The position numbers were made by a program, and so were the translations under genes. 64,000 nucleotides of DNA, taken from the NCBI RefSeq assembly GCF_018977255.1, contig NW_024704743.1:42534001-42598000 (forward strand), given 5' to 3'. Source of the stretch: Callorhinchus milii. Lineage: Eukaryota. This document shows, in pieces, positions 53,001 through 60,516 of the stretch. The notes beneath the pieces were generated by a model. It did not search any database. It was not told the DNA's origin and was given only the letters and a program-made list of their open reading frames with translations. Each line of letters begins with the position of its first letter. Position 1 is the stretch's first letter.

Positions 53001-54536
53001 ATCACCACCTTTTGCTTCTCAATCCTATGAGTATTTCAGTGAGTAAGTGGTAAATCTATAGAGCAGGCTCCCTAAGGAGACGGTGGAAGCAGATAGTGTC
53101 AATTCATTCAAATGCGAATGAGATAAGATTTCTTTTAGAAAATGATATTTGGGGATACAGTTTAGGAGTAATTTGAGAAATGACAAGTGTCGGATGCTTC
53201 GATGAACTAGGCAACTTCGGATCTAAGGTTGCCGAAGTTTTCTACTGTGTTGGTAAACTAATCCATACAGAATTAATTGCTAGAAACATCTGCATTATGG
53301 TAGCATGCGACAGCCAGGATGGTGGAAAACGGATTTAATGGACCTTGGTCTTTTATTGTCTAGCAATTCCCAGGTTCTTATGTCACCAGCAGAGTCGCGG
53401 TGAGGAAGTGCGAGAGCTGCTTACCTGCTGTGATCGCGATTTCTGTGTCGGGTCGGAGATCTTCCCCGATCACGGCTGGACCTGCGGCGGCTGCTTTCTG
53501 ACCTCCTGCGTTCGGGGCTCCTGGCCCGGTTCCTGCGATCCCCGTGGGAGTCTGACCTGTGTCGCTCGCTGTGGCTCCTGTAGCCCTGCCCCTTGTGGTG
53601 ATGCTCGTGGTGCCGGCCGCGGTCTGGTGAGCGCCGTTCGCTTTGCGACTTCACCGCCGGGTAGTGCTGCTTGTGTCTGAAGTGGTCAGACTGGTAGGAT
53701 CCTGAGCTGGGGTGGCAGCTGTTGGATGTGGAGCTCTGCTGGTAGGTGCTCGTCGCAGATCTGTGTTGGTAGGCACTGGTCCCACAGCTCTGCTGGTACA
53801 CACTGGGGGCCGAGCTTTGCTGGTAGGGACTGGTCCCGGGACTTTGCTGGTAGACACCAGTCGCAGAGCTCTGCTGGTAAATGCTAGGCCCACAGCTCTG
53901 CTGGTAGGGATTGGTCTGCTGGTAAGAGCTGGTTGCAGAACTCTGCTGGTAGCTGTTCCCAAAATGCTGCAGCTGAAAATGCTGCGAGTAGCTCATGGTA
54001 TACGGAGCCTGATAGTTGATTTGCTGGGGTGGGGCAAGCAAGGGAGGTGGCTGAGTGGGGGCTGACGGCATCAAGTGGTGGAAACTATCCTGCCTGTCAG
54101 GGGTGCCCGACACTGCGGGCGTGGGACTGGGCACAGGAGGGGCCTGAGGATAGCAAGGCAAGCCAGGAAACCCTTGGCGGACCGGAGGGCTAGGGAATGG
54201 TGCCCTCGCCCTTACAGGGCATTGATGCATAGGATTCTGTCTAATATCCACCTCACCTGGCTGGGGAACGCTGGGTGGATAGGTCATGAAGTCTGCTCTG
54301 GGAGGAGCGTAGCCTGTGTTTTGTGGGCTTGTGAACCTGGGAGGGGGAGTAACCTGCTGGTCACACAGAAGTAGCGGTGGGGGCTGCTGAGGATGGGACG
54401 GCCGATAACTTGGAGGCTGAAAGGTTTGTTGAGGCATTCTATTCCCTGACGCACCTCTACCCCGAGGCCCTCCAGCTTTAGGGAACGTCCCGTGGCCAGT
54501 GGGTGCAGATCCCCCTCTTCCCGAATGAAATGACAT
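1370..54536 (-). CDS. DROSHA: DROSHA (ribonuclease 3), spliced gene span of 24 coding exons; 3' end lies beyond the left edge
   Basis: Exon translations match vertebrate Drosha from memory (MSFH..., [61 protein letters not shown]). All 24 exons have AG/GT ends and the summed length of 3578 nt keeps frame at every junction. Confidence 0.98.
2038..2074. repeat. (TA)n microsatellite
   Basis: Direct reading. Confidence 0.95.
6338..6382 (-). CDS. DROSHA: DROSHA coding exon 23
   Basis: [15 protein letters not shown]|gtaaga. Confidence 0.96.
7923..7993 (-). CDS. DROSHA: DROSHA coding exon 22
   Basis: [24 protein letters not shown]|gtaacc. Confidence 0.96.
8562..8652 (+). mobile_element. Older degenerate PLE-type terminal-repeat fragment
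   Basis: gatgaaaggttccacccaaaatgttaatct...cagatgctgactgacc...tttccagcattttctgt parallels the other three copies. Confidence 0.5.
9020..9300 (+). mobile_element. SINE copy ending about 12 nt from the exon-21 donor
   Basis: Partial head (ctcgcaagcgagagacctgggttcgattcc), core and tail. Confidence 0.88.
9314..9416 (-). CDS. DROSHA: DROSHA coding exon 21
   Basis: [34 protein letters not shown] g|gtaatt. Confidence 0.97.
10244..10343 (-). CDS. DROSHA: DROSHA coding exon 20
   Basis: [33 protein letters not shown]|gtgagt. Confidence 0.97.
11379..11438 (-). CDS. DROSHA: DROSHA coding exon 19 (RNase III signature)
   Basis: [19 protein letters not shown], the ERLEFLGD RNase III motif. Confidence 0.98.
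11710..11930 (-). mobile_element. SINE 3' half
   Basis: Core and tail on the minus strand. Confidence 0.82.
12933..13082. mobile_element. Small MITE (~150 bp); related decayed copy near 6825-6960
   Basis: aaaatttaagatcatgcagcactgtggaaaact versus aattttccataaatctgcatgatcttacatttt. Confidence 0.6.
13416..13553 (+). mobile_element. Solo PLE terminal-repeat fragment with fold-back duplicated 5' end
   Basis: ctgacgaagggtattggacccgcaatgttgactcactttcctttctccatagatgctgcctgacctg...ttctgtttttgttt, preceded by alternating ttcgtcag / ctgacgaa. Confidence 0.8.
13565..13935 (+). mobile_element. Older Deu-type SINE family (different internal segment); related copies near 7500-7790(+), 27895-28140(+), 44935-45260(-), 60700-60900(-), 62350-62600(-)
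   Basis: tcctt(c/t)g(a/g)atgagat...gttaaagatcccatggc segment plus Deu-like core and the same tail. Confidence 0.65.
14358..14418 (-). CDS. DROSHA: DROSHA coding exon 18
   Basis: [20 protein letters not shown] ag|gtgcgt. Confidence 0.96.
15301..15439 (-). CDS. DROSHA: DROSHA coding exon 17 (RNase IIIa)
   Basis: [46 protein letters not shown] g|gtacat. Confidence 0.96.
17346..17704 (-). mobile_element. SINE, longer subfamily with an extra tttacctagcagtaagtaggaacc segment
   Basis: Head, core and tail shared; extra internal ~60 nt. Confidence 0.85.
18021..18466. mobile_element. MITE-like element with ~45-55 bp terminal inverted repeats
   Basis: gttgactttctacgagtagataagagatttagaagatcctaaat versus atttaggatcttctaaatctcttacctacttgcgggaaatcaac. 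Confidence 0.75.
18944..19051 (-). CDS. DROSHA: DROSHA coding exon 16
   Basis: [36 protein letters not shown]|gtaaat. Confidence 0.97.
19128..19339. repeat. Minisatellite, 34-bp unit x 6 plus a partial copy
   Basis: (gatcactattataccctggtgtctatctcacact)n. Confidence 0.97.
21034..21348 (+). mobile_element. Young full-length tRNA-derived Deu-type SINE inserted in the PLE
   Basis: tRNA-like head with A box tagctcagtgg and B box gagttcaattcc; Deu-like core ctgtttgtgggacattgctgtgcgcaattggctgccgcg; LINE-like tail and (att)n. Confidence 0.9.
23307..23343 (+). ncRNA. Minimal type I hammerhead ribozyme motif in the PLE terminal repeat (core G12 mutated to A)
   Basis: agtt-CTGACGA-a-gggtc-gtg-gaccc-AAAA-cgtt-gact. 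Confidence 0.6.
25556..25663 (-). CDS. DROSHA: DROSHA coding exon 15
   Basis: [36 protein letters not shown]|gtagga. Confidence 0.97.
26285..26605 (+). mobile_element. L2-type LINE 3' fragment
   Basis: [24 protein letters not shown]...[10 protein letters not shown] and tail. Confidence 0.75.
27546..27646 (-). mobile_element. Solo PLE terminal-repeat fragment with intact hammerhead core
   Basis: Reverse complement matches 23308-23409 (ctgacga...gaaacgttgactcactttcc...gctgcctgacctgctg...acttctgtttttgtt). Confidence 0.85.
27611..27646 (-). ncRNA. Minimal type I hammerhead ribozyme motif, sense to DROSHA pre-mRNA
   Basis: gtt-CTGACGA-a-ggatc-gtg-gatct-GAAA-cgtt-gact on the minus strand. Confidence 0.65.
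28145..28360. mobile_element. Hairpin MITE with ~57-bp arms
   Basis: aattctatctgggtttagatttactcaattaatgtagcattttagagcatctagaatt versus aattctggaggctcttaaatgctccgttaatagagtaaatctagacccaataggaatt. Confidence 0.75.
28902..29001 (-). CDS. DROSHA: DROSHA coding exon 14
   Basis: [33 protein letters not shown]|gtaagc. Confidence 0.97.
29752..30100 (-). mobile_element. SINE, longer subfamily (older copy)
   Basis: Same architecture as 17346-17704. Confidence 0.8.
30161..30488 (-). mobile_element. Young full-length tRNA-derived Deu-type SINE
   Basis: Near-identical reverse complement of 21034-21348. Confidence 0.92.
32978..33297 (+). mobile_element. Full-length tRNA-derived Deu-type SINE
   Basis: Same head, core and tail. 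Confidence 0.9.
34352..34476 (-). CDS. DROSHA: DROSHA coding exon 13
   Basis: [41 protein letters not shown] ca|gtaagt. Confidence 0.97.
34750..35035 (+). mobile_element. L2-type LINE 3' end (two stacked ORF2 C-termini)
   Basis: [20 protein letters not shown] followed by [20 protein letters not shown]; 3' UTR stem-loop and (ttg)n tail. Confidence 0.8.
35452..35833. repeat. 46-bp inverted repeat (2 mismatches) enclosing an L2 insertion
   Basis: aagccaatttgtcctacatgaatgctcatcagaacaaagtaacgcc versus ggcgttactttgttctgacgagcattcaggtaggacaaattggctt. Confidence 0.85.
35525..35755 (+). mobile_element. L2-type LINE 3' end, close copy of 34800-35020
   Basis: [30 protein letters not shown] and the same tail. 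Confidence 0.8.
37133..37302 (-). CDS. DROSHA: DROSHA coding exon 12
   Basis: [57 protein letters not shown]|gtacgt. Confidence 0.97.
37988..38025. repeat. (GT)n microsatellite
   Basis: Direct reading. Confidence 0.95.
38803..38877 (-). CDS. DROSHA: DROSHA coding exon 11
   Basis: [25 protein letters not shown] g|gtgagt. Confidence 0.95.
40130..40211 (-). CDS. DROSHA: DROSHA coding exon 10
   Basis: [27 protein letters not shown] g|gtaatg. Confidence 0.96.
40540..40611 (-). CDS. DROSHA: DROSHA coding exon 9
   Basis: [24 protein letters not shown]|gtaagg. Confidence 0.97.
40809..41595 (+). repeat. Unclassified ~780-bp dispersed repeat, copy A
   Basis: Aligns along its length to the reverse complement of 49280-50026. 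Confidence 0.85.
41784..42339. mobile_element. Putative MITE bounded by inverted copies of a 50-bp box
   Basis: tttttgatcgggtatctgatatatgtggaaacccatt at left; atggatttctgtgtgtgtcagacaaccgctgaccaaaaaa at right. Confidence 0.5.
42425..42511 (-). CDS. DROSHA: DROSHA coding exon 8 (after an 86-nt intron)
   Basis: [29 protein letters not shown]|gtgagt. Confidence 0.96.
42598..42684 (-). CDS. DROSHA: DROSHA coding exon 7
   Basis: [29 protein letters not shown]|gtgagt. Confidence 0.95.
43130..43530 (+). mobile_element. Highly decayed Ty3/Gypsy-type gag remnant
   Basis: [23 protein letters not shown] then, after a frameshift, LTLHTALQI; matches the C-x-Y/F...IRDxIxxG...LTL gag pattern. Confidence 0.55.
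43950..44460 (-). mobile_element. L2-type LINE fragment
   Basis: ITLTHL...IGFKILV resembles the L2 ORF2 HWLP...FKIL region; 3' tail near 43950. Confidence 0.6.
44578..44658 (-). CDS. DROSHA: DROSHA coding exon 6
   Basis: [27 protein letters not shown]|gtgagg. Confidence 0.97.
45841..46004 (-). CDS. DROSHA: DROSHA coding exon 5
   Basis: [14 protein letters not shown]...[23 protein letters not shown]|gtttga. Confidence 0.95.
46437..46578 (-). CDS. DROSHA: DROSHA coding exon 4
   Basis: [51 protein letters not shown] ends. Confidence 0.95.
46886..47050 (+). mobile_element. 5'-truncated young SINE
   Basis: Core and tail nearly identical to the 21034 copy. Confidence 0.88.
47209..47498. mobile_element. 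Possible hAT-like non-autonomous element
   Basis: ggggtttcacaaact ... agcttgggaaccaatg resembles CAGGGGTTCCCAAACT-type TIRs. Confidence 0.4.
47658..47904 (-). CDS. DROSHA: DROSHA coding exon 3
   Basis: [16 protein letters not shown]...[22 protein letters not shown]|gtaagg; acceptor ggaag| is weak but in frame. Confidence 0.92.
49055..49135 (-). CDS. DROSHA: DROSHA coding exon 2 (RS domain)
   Basis: ccctcag|g [26 protein letters not shown] ag|gtgag; 81 nt, phase 2-2. Confidence 0.85.
49280..50026 (-). repeat. Unclassified ~750-bp dispersed repeat, copy B (inverted relative to A)
   Basis: Spurious ORFs 40985-41260(+) and 49574-49804(-) translate nearly alike ([31 protein letters not shown]). 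Confidence 0.85.
50473..50786 (+). mobile_element. Full-length tRNA-derived Deu-type SINE
   Basis: Same head, core and tail. Confidence 0.9.
51355..51630 (+). mobile_element. 5'-truncated SINE, longer subfamily
   Basis: gtttaccaagcagtaagtaggaaccc, core and tail. Confidence 0.8.
51778..52029. mobile_element. hAT-like MITE
   Basis: gtctccaactgatcgatcg...aataaaaacaag at left; cttgtctttttg...cgatcgaccggttggagacccctg at right (CAGGGGTCTCCAA-type TIR). Confidence 0.6.
53040..53380 (+). mobile_element. CR1-type LINE 3' end; other CR1-like tails near 4940-5010(+), 5710-5865(-), 25130-25235(+), 61150-61470(-)
   Basis: gtggtaaatcta...ctccctaaggagacggtggaagcagatagtgtcaattcattcaaa resembles the CR1 VVNLWNSLP-E-VEA-S--SFK terminus. 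Confidence 0.6.
53425..54536 (-). CDS. DROSHA: DROSHA coding exon 1: P-rich region, YQQS repeats, start of RS domain
   Basis: Acceptor tttcag|atagcaccATG (exon starts 54544); MSFHSGRG...PPRADF...SERRSPDR...RDHS; donor ag|gtaag. Confidence 0.93.
53730..53955 (-). repeat. Coding 27-bp degenerate tandem repeat (YQQS units) in DROSHA exon 1
   Basis: ctgctggta-like motif recurring mostly every 27 nt. Confidence 0.9.
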
Positions 54537-55565
54537 GGTGCTATCTGAAACCAAAACGTTGATTACTTTTTTTTAAAAAACGCTTGGAACAACAACAACA
54601 AATTCCATTTGTATAGCGCCTTTCACATCAGGAGGATGTCCCAAGACGCTGACTGTAAACATTGTCCAGCATCAGGTGCAATCACCTTGTAGGCTTGGAT
54701 TGTACAGCGCTGGAGGTGCCACCACTAGATCACTGAAGGTGCCATGAAATAAATGACTAAGAATAACAAATTGCACCCATAGCTCCTTTCACATCAGAAG
54801 GATGTTCCAAGGTGCTGGATAGTCAAGGGATTATTCACCTGAGCAGCAGAAAAAAATACCTCTCATCCAGGACTTGATGTCTGACAGGCATTCTGTTAGG
54901 ACAGCGGTGGTTCTAGAGTCGAGGGTGGAGGCAGAGAGATAAGAGTTGGGTGTCACCTGCATACATGTGTAAGTCACATCACCGAGCAGGAGCATTAGAT
55001 ATTAAAAAGGAGCGTGTGGATATTTGGGAGAAATTGTTGTCAGGAAACCACCAAGAGAAACTCCCTTCTCTTTTCAAATAGTGCCACGGGATCTTTGACA
55101 GCTACCTAAACATTGCAGAGAGGACCTTGGTTTAACGTCTCATTTAAAGGACAGCAATCGGTATGTCAGACTAGACTATATGAGTTCCAAGTGTATGGAC
55201 AAGAACCTCACTTCATGGGAACCTCAGTAACAGAGCGACTCACGATCAGGCTTCTTTTTCAAAGTCTTGTTTTTTTAACGGAAACTCACGATGATCAAAA
55301 ATACAAACTCATTAGTCAGGGCAAACCAGCCTATACTACGAGCTGTCCTCAATTGCGAGTTTCCTCTGTAGTTGAGAATAAGACCGTTATTACAGGAACG
55401 AGTATAAACTATTGCAATCTAAGATTTTAAACAATTTGGATTCTTCAGTGTTGTATTGGGGGTGTGGGCGAGGAGAAAAAACAAGTAGATTTAAGTCTGC
55501 TGAGGGTAGGTCCCCAGGGGCTGAATAGTTACCATATCTTAGTGGATGAACATTCTTGGGTTTCG

Positions 55566-55670
55566 GTTGATTTACTTTAAGGATTTACTTTAAGGATCGG
55601 GGAATATAAATGAAAGTTGATTTACTTTTAAGGATTTACTTTAAGGATCGGGGAATATAAATGAAAGTTG
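55566..55670. repeat. Tandem duplication of a ~51-bp unit with an internal 13-bp duplication
   Basis: (gttgatttactttaaggatttactttaaggatcggggaatataaatgaaa)x2. Confidence 0.9.
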
Positions 55671-56399
55671 TTTGCAACTGGGGTTGTAATCAAGAGGAGT
55701 GGAAGGCAAGGAGGAGTGAGGGGGGGAGAACGACCAAAGTCACGGTCAAAGAGTAAGGTCTTGAGATGGGCTTAAACGAGAGGGCGAGGGGAAGGGATGG
55801 AAAACATTACCGCCATTAATACTGTACTACGAGGTTGAATTGGTGGGTGGATTCCATGATGGGGTAAACAGCACATGGTCTGGAGGAGAGTAGGTTGTGG
55901 GCCAAACAGCCTTTTTTTCTCATCTACACACTCTCTCATATTGTCAGCACAACACAAACCACCTCAGCATCTAATACAGTTCAACCCAGAAAAATATGCA
56001 CAGATAGTTGTACACAAACCTGTTGCTGTGGGACCCCTTTCAACAGAAAACAAAAACAATCACAATCACATCAATAGAAAGCAGCTCATACCAGAGGGTT
56101 TGCAAAACAAAAAGCATCAGCTGTTAAAGATACCCCCCCACACCCCCCACATGTCTCCCTCCAGCTTTCCCCACAGCACTGGGTCTCCTCACCTTCACAC
56201 CAATCTCTGCACAGAGAGGAGTCACAGCCCCTTCACTCCACTCACTCACTCACTCACTCACTCAGCACTGAGGGCTCACAGCCTGGGCCAGGGGTGGCCC
56301 CTCTGCTGCACAGTGAGGGGGAGGGGAGGGAGGGGAGGCTGGGGCTGGATCAGGAAGCAGAGCTGCTCACAGCCACTCAGCACCACAGCCACACGGAAG

Positions 56400-56460
56400 T
56401 GCCAGCCCTGCCCTGCCCAGCCCTGCCCTGCCCTGCCTGTCCTGCCAGCCCTGCCTGTCC
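56400..56460. repeat. (CCCTG)n-type degenerate repeat
   Basis: gccagccctgccctgcccagccctgccctgccctgcctg. Confidence 0.85.
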
Positions 56461-56793
56461 ACTGGTGAAGGCACCTGCCAGTCACAGCCAAGGTCTGCAG
56501 CTGCACATCATCCTCTGGGTTTACACACATCCCGAACAGTCACAGAGACAGTCACACACTGACGCAGTCACACACTGACACGGGGACGAATTGATGGATT
56601 TTATTTTATTATTCTTTTAAAAAATCCACAAAGGGAGTGACTTCAGTGCAACAGCAGCACTGGGGGGTTTGGGGGGGTGTTGGGGGGGGTTTGTTTGCAA
56701 GGATATTGCATATGAAAATAAATGTGAATTGAGAGAGAGTGAGAGAGGGGGGGGGGCGTTCCTGCTGTGTGTGCCCTGTGGGGGGGGGGGGAC

Positions 56794-58015
56794 GGGACCG
56801 CCTGTGTGAGTGTGGGGGCGGTTGGGGGTGAGGGGCTGTGTGGGAGGTGTCGGTGGGGGTCAGGCTGTTGGGGGGTGAGGCTGTGGGGGGGGGGTGTGGG
56901 GGTTGGTGTGTGGGGGGGGGTGTTTGGGTGCGGGGGGGGTGACGGGGGGCGTGGTGTGGGGGGGGTGGTGAGGGGGGGTGTTGGGGTGAGGGTGTGGGGT
57001 GTTGGTGAGGGTGTGGGGTGAGGGTGTTGGTGAGGGTGAGGGTGTTGGGGGGTTGTGGGGTGAGGGGTGTTGGGGGGGGTGAGGGGGGTGAGGGTGTTGG
57101 GGGGGTGAGGGGGGGTGTGGTGTGGGGGGGTGAGGGTGAGGGTGTTGGGGGGTGAGGGGGGGTGTTGGGGTGAGGGGGTGTGGGGGTGAGGGTGTTGGGG
57201 GGGTGTTGGGGTGAGGGGTGTGGGTGTGGGGGTGAGGGTGTTGGTGAGGGTGTGGGGGGTGTGGGGGTGAGGGTGTGTGGGGTGAGGGGGTGTGGGTGTG
57301 TGGGGGTGTTGGTGAGGGTGTTGGGGTGTGGGTGTGAGGGTGTTGGGGGTGTTGGGGTGAGGGGGTGTGGGTGTGGGGGGTGTTGGGGTGTGGGGGTGAG
57401 GGTGTTGGGGTGAGGGGGTGTGGGGTGAGGGTGTTGGGGTGAGGGGGTGTGGGTGTGGGGTGTGGGTGTGAGGGTGTTGGTGAGGGTGTGGGGGGGTGTT
57501 GGGGGGGTGTTGGGGTGTGGGTGTGAGGGTGTTGGGGTGTGGGTGTGAGGGTGTTGGGGTGAGGGGGTGTGGGTGTGGGGGGTGAGGGTGTTGGTGTGGG
57601 TGTGGGGGGTATGGGGTGGGGGTGAGGGTGTTGGGTGAGGGGTGTGGGGTGAGGGTGTTGGTGAGGGTGTGGGGGTGTTGGGGTGAGGGGGTGTGGGTGT
57701 TAGGGGGGGTGTTGGGGTGTGGGTGAGGGTGTGGGGTGTTGGGGTGAGGGTGTAGGTGGGGTGAGGGGGTGAGGGTGTTGGGGGGGTGTTGGGGTGGGGG
57801 GTGTGGGTGTGGGGGGGTGTTGGGTGAGGGTGTTGGGGTGAGGGTGTGGGGGGTGTTGGGGTGTGGGGTGAGGGTGTTGGGGTGAGGGGTGTGGGGGTGA
57901 GGGTGTTGGTGTGGGTGTGGGGGGTGAGGGTTGTGGGGTGTTGAGGGGGTGTTGGGGTGAGGGGGTGTGGGGGTGTTGGGGTGTGGGGGTGTTGTGTTGG
58001 GGGGGGACCGCCTGT
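56794..58015. repeat. G/T-rich low-complexity array (GGGTGAGGGTGTT / GGGTGT variants), G-quadruplex prone on + strand
   Basis: About 1.2 kb almost entirely G and T with interspersed GGG/GGGG runs. Confidence 0.95.
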
Positions 58016-58140
58016 CCGGGTTCGGCTCAGACCGGAGCGCTGTTGGTGTCGGACAGTTTCCGCCCAATCAGAGCGAGGGAGGGGGGGAGGGGGCGGTCCC
58101 GGCGCTGTCCCTGAGTGACTGAGTGACTGAGAGCGGCGCC
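58005..58140. promoter_or_regulatory. Bidirectional CpG-island promoter shared by DROSHA and C5orf22
   Basis: CpG-rich; CCAAT box at 58064-58068, TTTCCG (ETS-like) just upstream of it, GGGGCGG GC box near 58090; lies between the two divergent genes. Confidence 0.75.
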
Positions 58141-58209
58141 ATGAGCAGCTCCGGCCGCCGCCGCCGGTACCCGCAGCTGCCGGTCTGGGTGGTGGAGGAC
58201 CATCACCAT
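58141..58209 (+). CDS. C5orf22: C5orf22 / UPF0489 family protein, coding exon 1
   Basis: ggcgccATG MSSSGRRRRYPQLPVWVVEDHHH|gtgagt matches the RRYPxLPVWVVEDH N-terminus; head-to-head with DROSHA as in human. Confidence 0.93.
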
Positions 58210-60342
58210 GTGAGTGGCTCCCGGGACAGCAGCTGGTGATGGGGGGAATGTGAGAGAGAGAGAGAGAGAGAGATCACTGTGCAAATACCCTCCACCATCA
58301 CCACCATCGTCATCTCAGAGGGAACCCCATGTCACTGTGTAGTAATATAATAATAATAATAATAATAATCCTCGTATTTGACGCCGCGCCATCGTCTCGT
58401 CTTCGAGACGCCTCGAAGCGCTTCGCAGAATTGGCCGTAAAAGGGAAGTGAACCCGACTCGTGCGGCTTTGTGGGCGAACGGCGCGGCCGCCCGTCGATG
58501 GGGCGCAGCGGCGCACCCACACACACACACACAGCCGTGGAGCGCTGCACCGACGACGACGACGATGATGGTGATGATGATGGTGATGATAGATAGTCGT
58601 CGTCCCTCGTGGCATCATCGTCGAGGCGTCTCGATTCGCCGCGCGGGATGATCGGGGGGGGGTTGGGGGGGGCTCTTGAGCCGCCGTCCGGCGCGGAGAG
58701 CGCTATGTCCATCCACGTTGCTGCCGGTGTTGTACTCCGGAGTGACTGGATTTTGTGCAGTTGTGCTGCGCTGAGTGAAAAGTCGGGATTTTTTACGCTT
58801 TTCCTTCATAATAATAATAATCCTTAACATTTGATGTGGCGCCTTATCACATTGTCGATACACCTCAAAGCAATCAACGGGATGCACTGTTAAAGTGGTT
58901 TGACTGAATTTTGTGGGCGAAACGGCTGTTTGTGGGACATTTGCTTCGTGCAAAAATTGGATGTAGACAACACACAGTCACTACATTTTACAATCCTGTG
59001 AAGCGCTTTGAAACTTCACCGTGACCTGAAAAGCCCTGTACCAGATATAAGATTGCTATTACTATTCGCTGAACTGTCTGTTTCAGCAACAGTTTGTATT
59101 TGTATTAGTGTCTCTCACAGCAGTAGGACGACTCAAGAGAGGCAGTCAGCCACAAGAACTCTCTCTCAGACATAGCGTGAGGTATTTTAATGTGAGGATG
59201 AGAAATAGTAATAATAATAATGATAATGATGATGATTGTTGCAGTTGGTATAGCACCTGGGTCACATCATTGAGATGTCTCGATGTGAATCACGGGATTT
59301 ACTTTAAAGTGTAGTGGCCATGTATTCTGAAGGGAACCTCAAGCTGACTAATTTCGAACAGCCCTGCATCAGCACTGCCGCTCGTCCATGCTCAGAGAAT
59401 GAATGACCTGACCAACGCTTAAGGGAGGTTAACTGCGCACAACAAATTTGCTCGTGCAGCAGAGGAATTGTGTTTGGTGAAGGAAGCCCATAAGCTTCTG
59501 TTCCAGCTTGTTTGTGTCATCTTTCTCCTCTTCTTCTTTTCCCTTCCCACCCCACCCTCGCGAGGAAATTATGTCAGCCTGGCTCAGTTCTCAGCACTCT
59601 CACCTGCATGTCAGAAGATTGTGGGTTCAAGCCCCATGTTAGGAACTTGAGACTCGGCCTCTACGATCTGAGACACTTTGAAACACTTCAGTGCAGTTAG
59701 AATCTGCTGTATAAATTGACCAAGTTAGCTGATAAAAACAGTCACTACAATTGACGGCAATTACCTGTGAAGTGCATTGAGACATTTCAATGTTACCGGC
59801 ATTGTTTCAATATCAGGATTATAATTATTTTATAAATTTGAGTGAGCTGTGGTTACAGTATTTACAAAGTACACTTAAACCGTGGCTAACCAGACTAATG
59901 GGATGGGGGGGTGATCCAGCCTGGCAAACGGAATTTCCAGCTAAGTGCAGTTACAATGTCAGTATCAGCATTTTTCAAGATGTGAGCAGAAAATAGTGAA
60001 TAAGATATCTTCTGCTTGTGGGATTTAAATAATCTGAATCAAAATTGACATTCCCAGCCACTGTGACGGCCAGTGAGGATGTTCAAATTTGCCACACGTG
60101 CGGAGAGTGCGCTGGTGGGAGTCTGCACTCGGGCCGTGGAAATGTTTGGCCCACAGAATTTTTTTAAAAAAATGTTTTGGTTTCGGGCCCGGTCCGGCTA
60201 GGTTCGAATTCCAGATACCCGGAGTCCAATAATCTGGAGGTTTACTGTAACTTCCAGAGCGACTGACAGATGTTGACAGAATCTGATATTCACAGTATTT
60301 AAAACATCTTGTTTCTTCCTCTGACTTTCAAGGGTTGTTTAA

Positions 60343-60516
<174 letters not shown>

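Noticed and set aside
53651..54374. Overlapping alternative-frame and antisense ORFs within DROSHA exon 1
   Set aside because: Expected by-products of a GC-rich repetitive coding exon
56276..56640. Possible non-coding 5' exon of DROSHA
   Set aside because: Only weak splice signals (cag|gtgcct); needs transcript data
56643..58067. 474-aa Pro/His/Thr ORF on the minus strand
   Set aside because: It is the translation of the C/A-rich strand of a low-complexity array that cannot form stop codons; no domain signal
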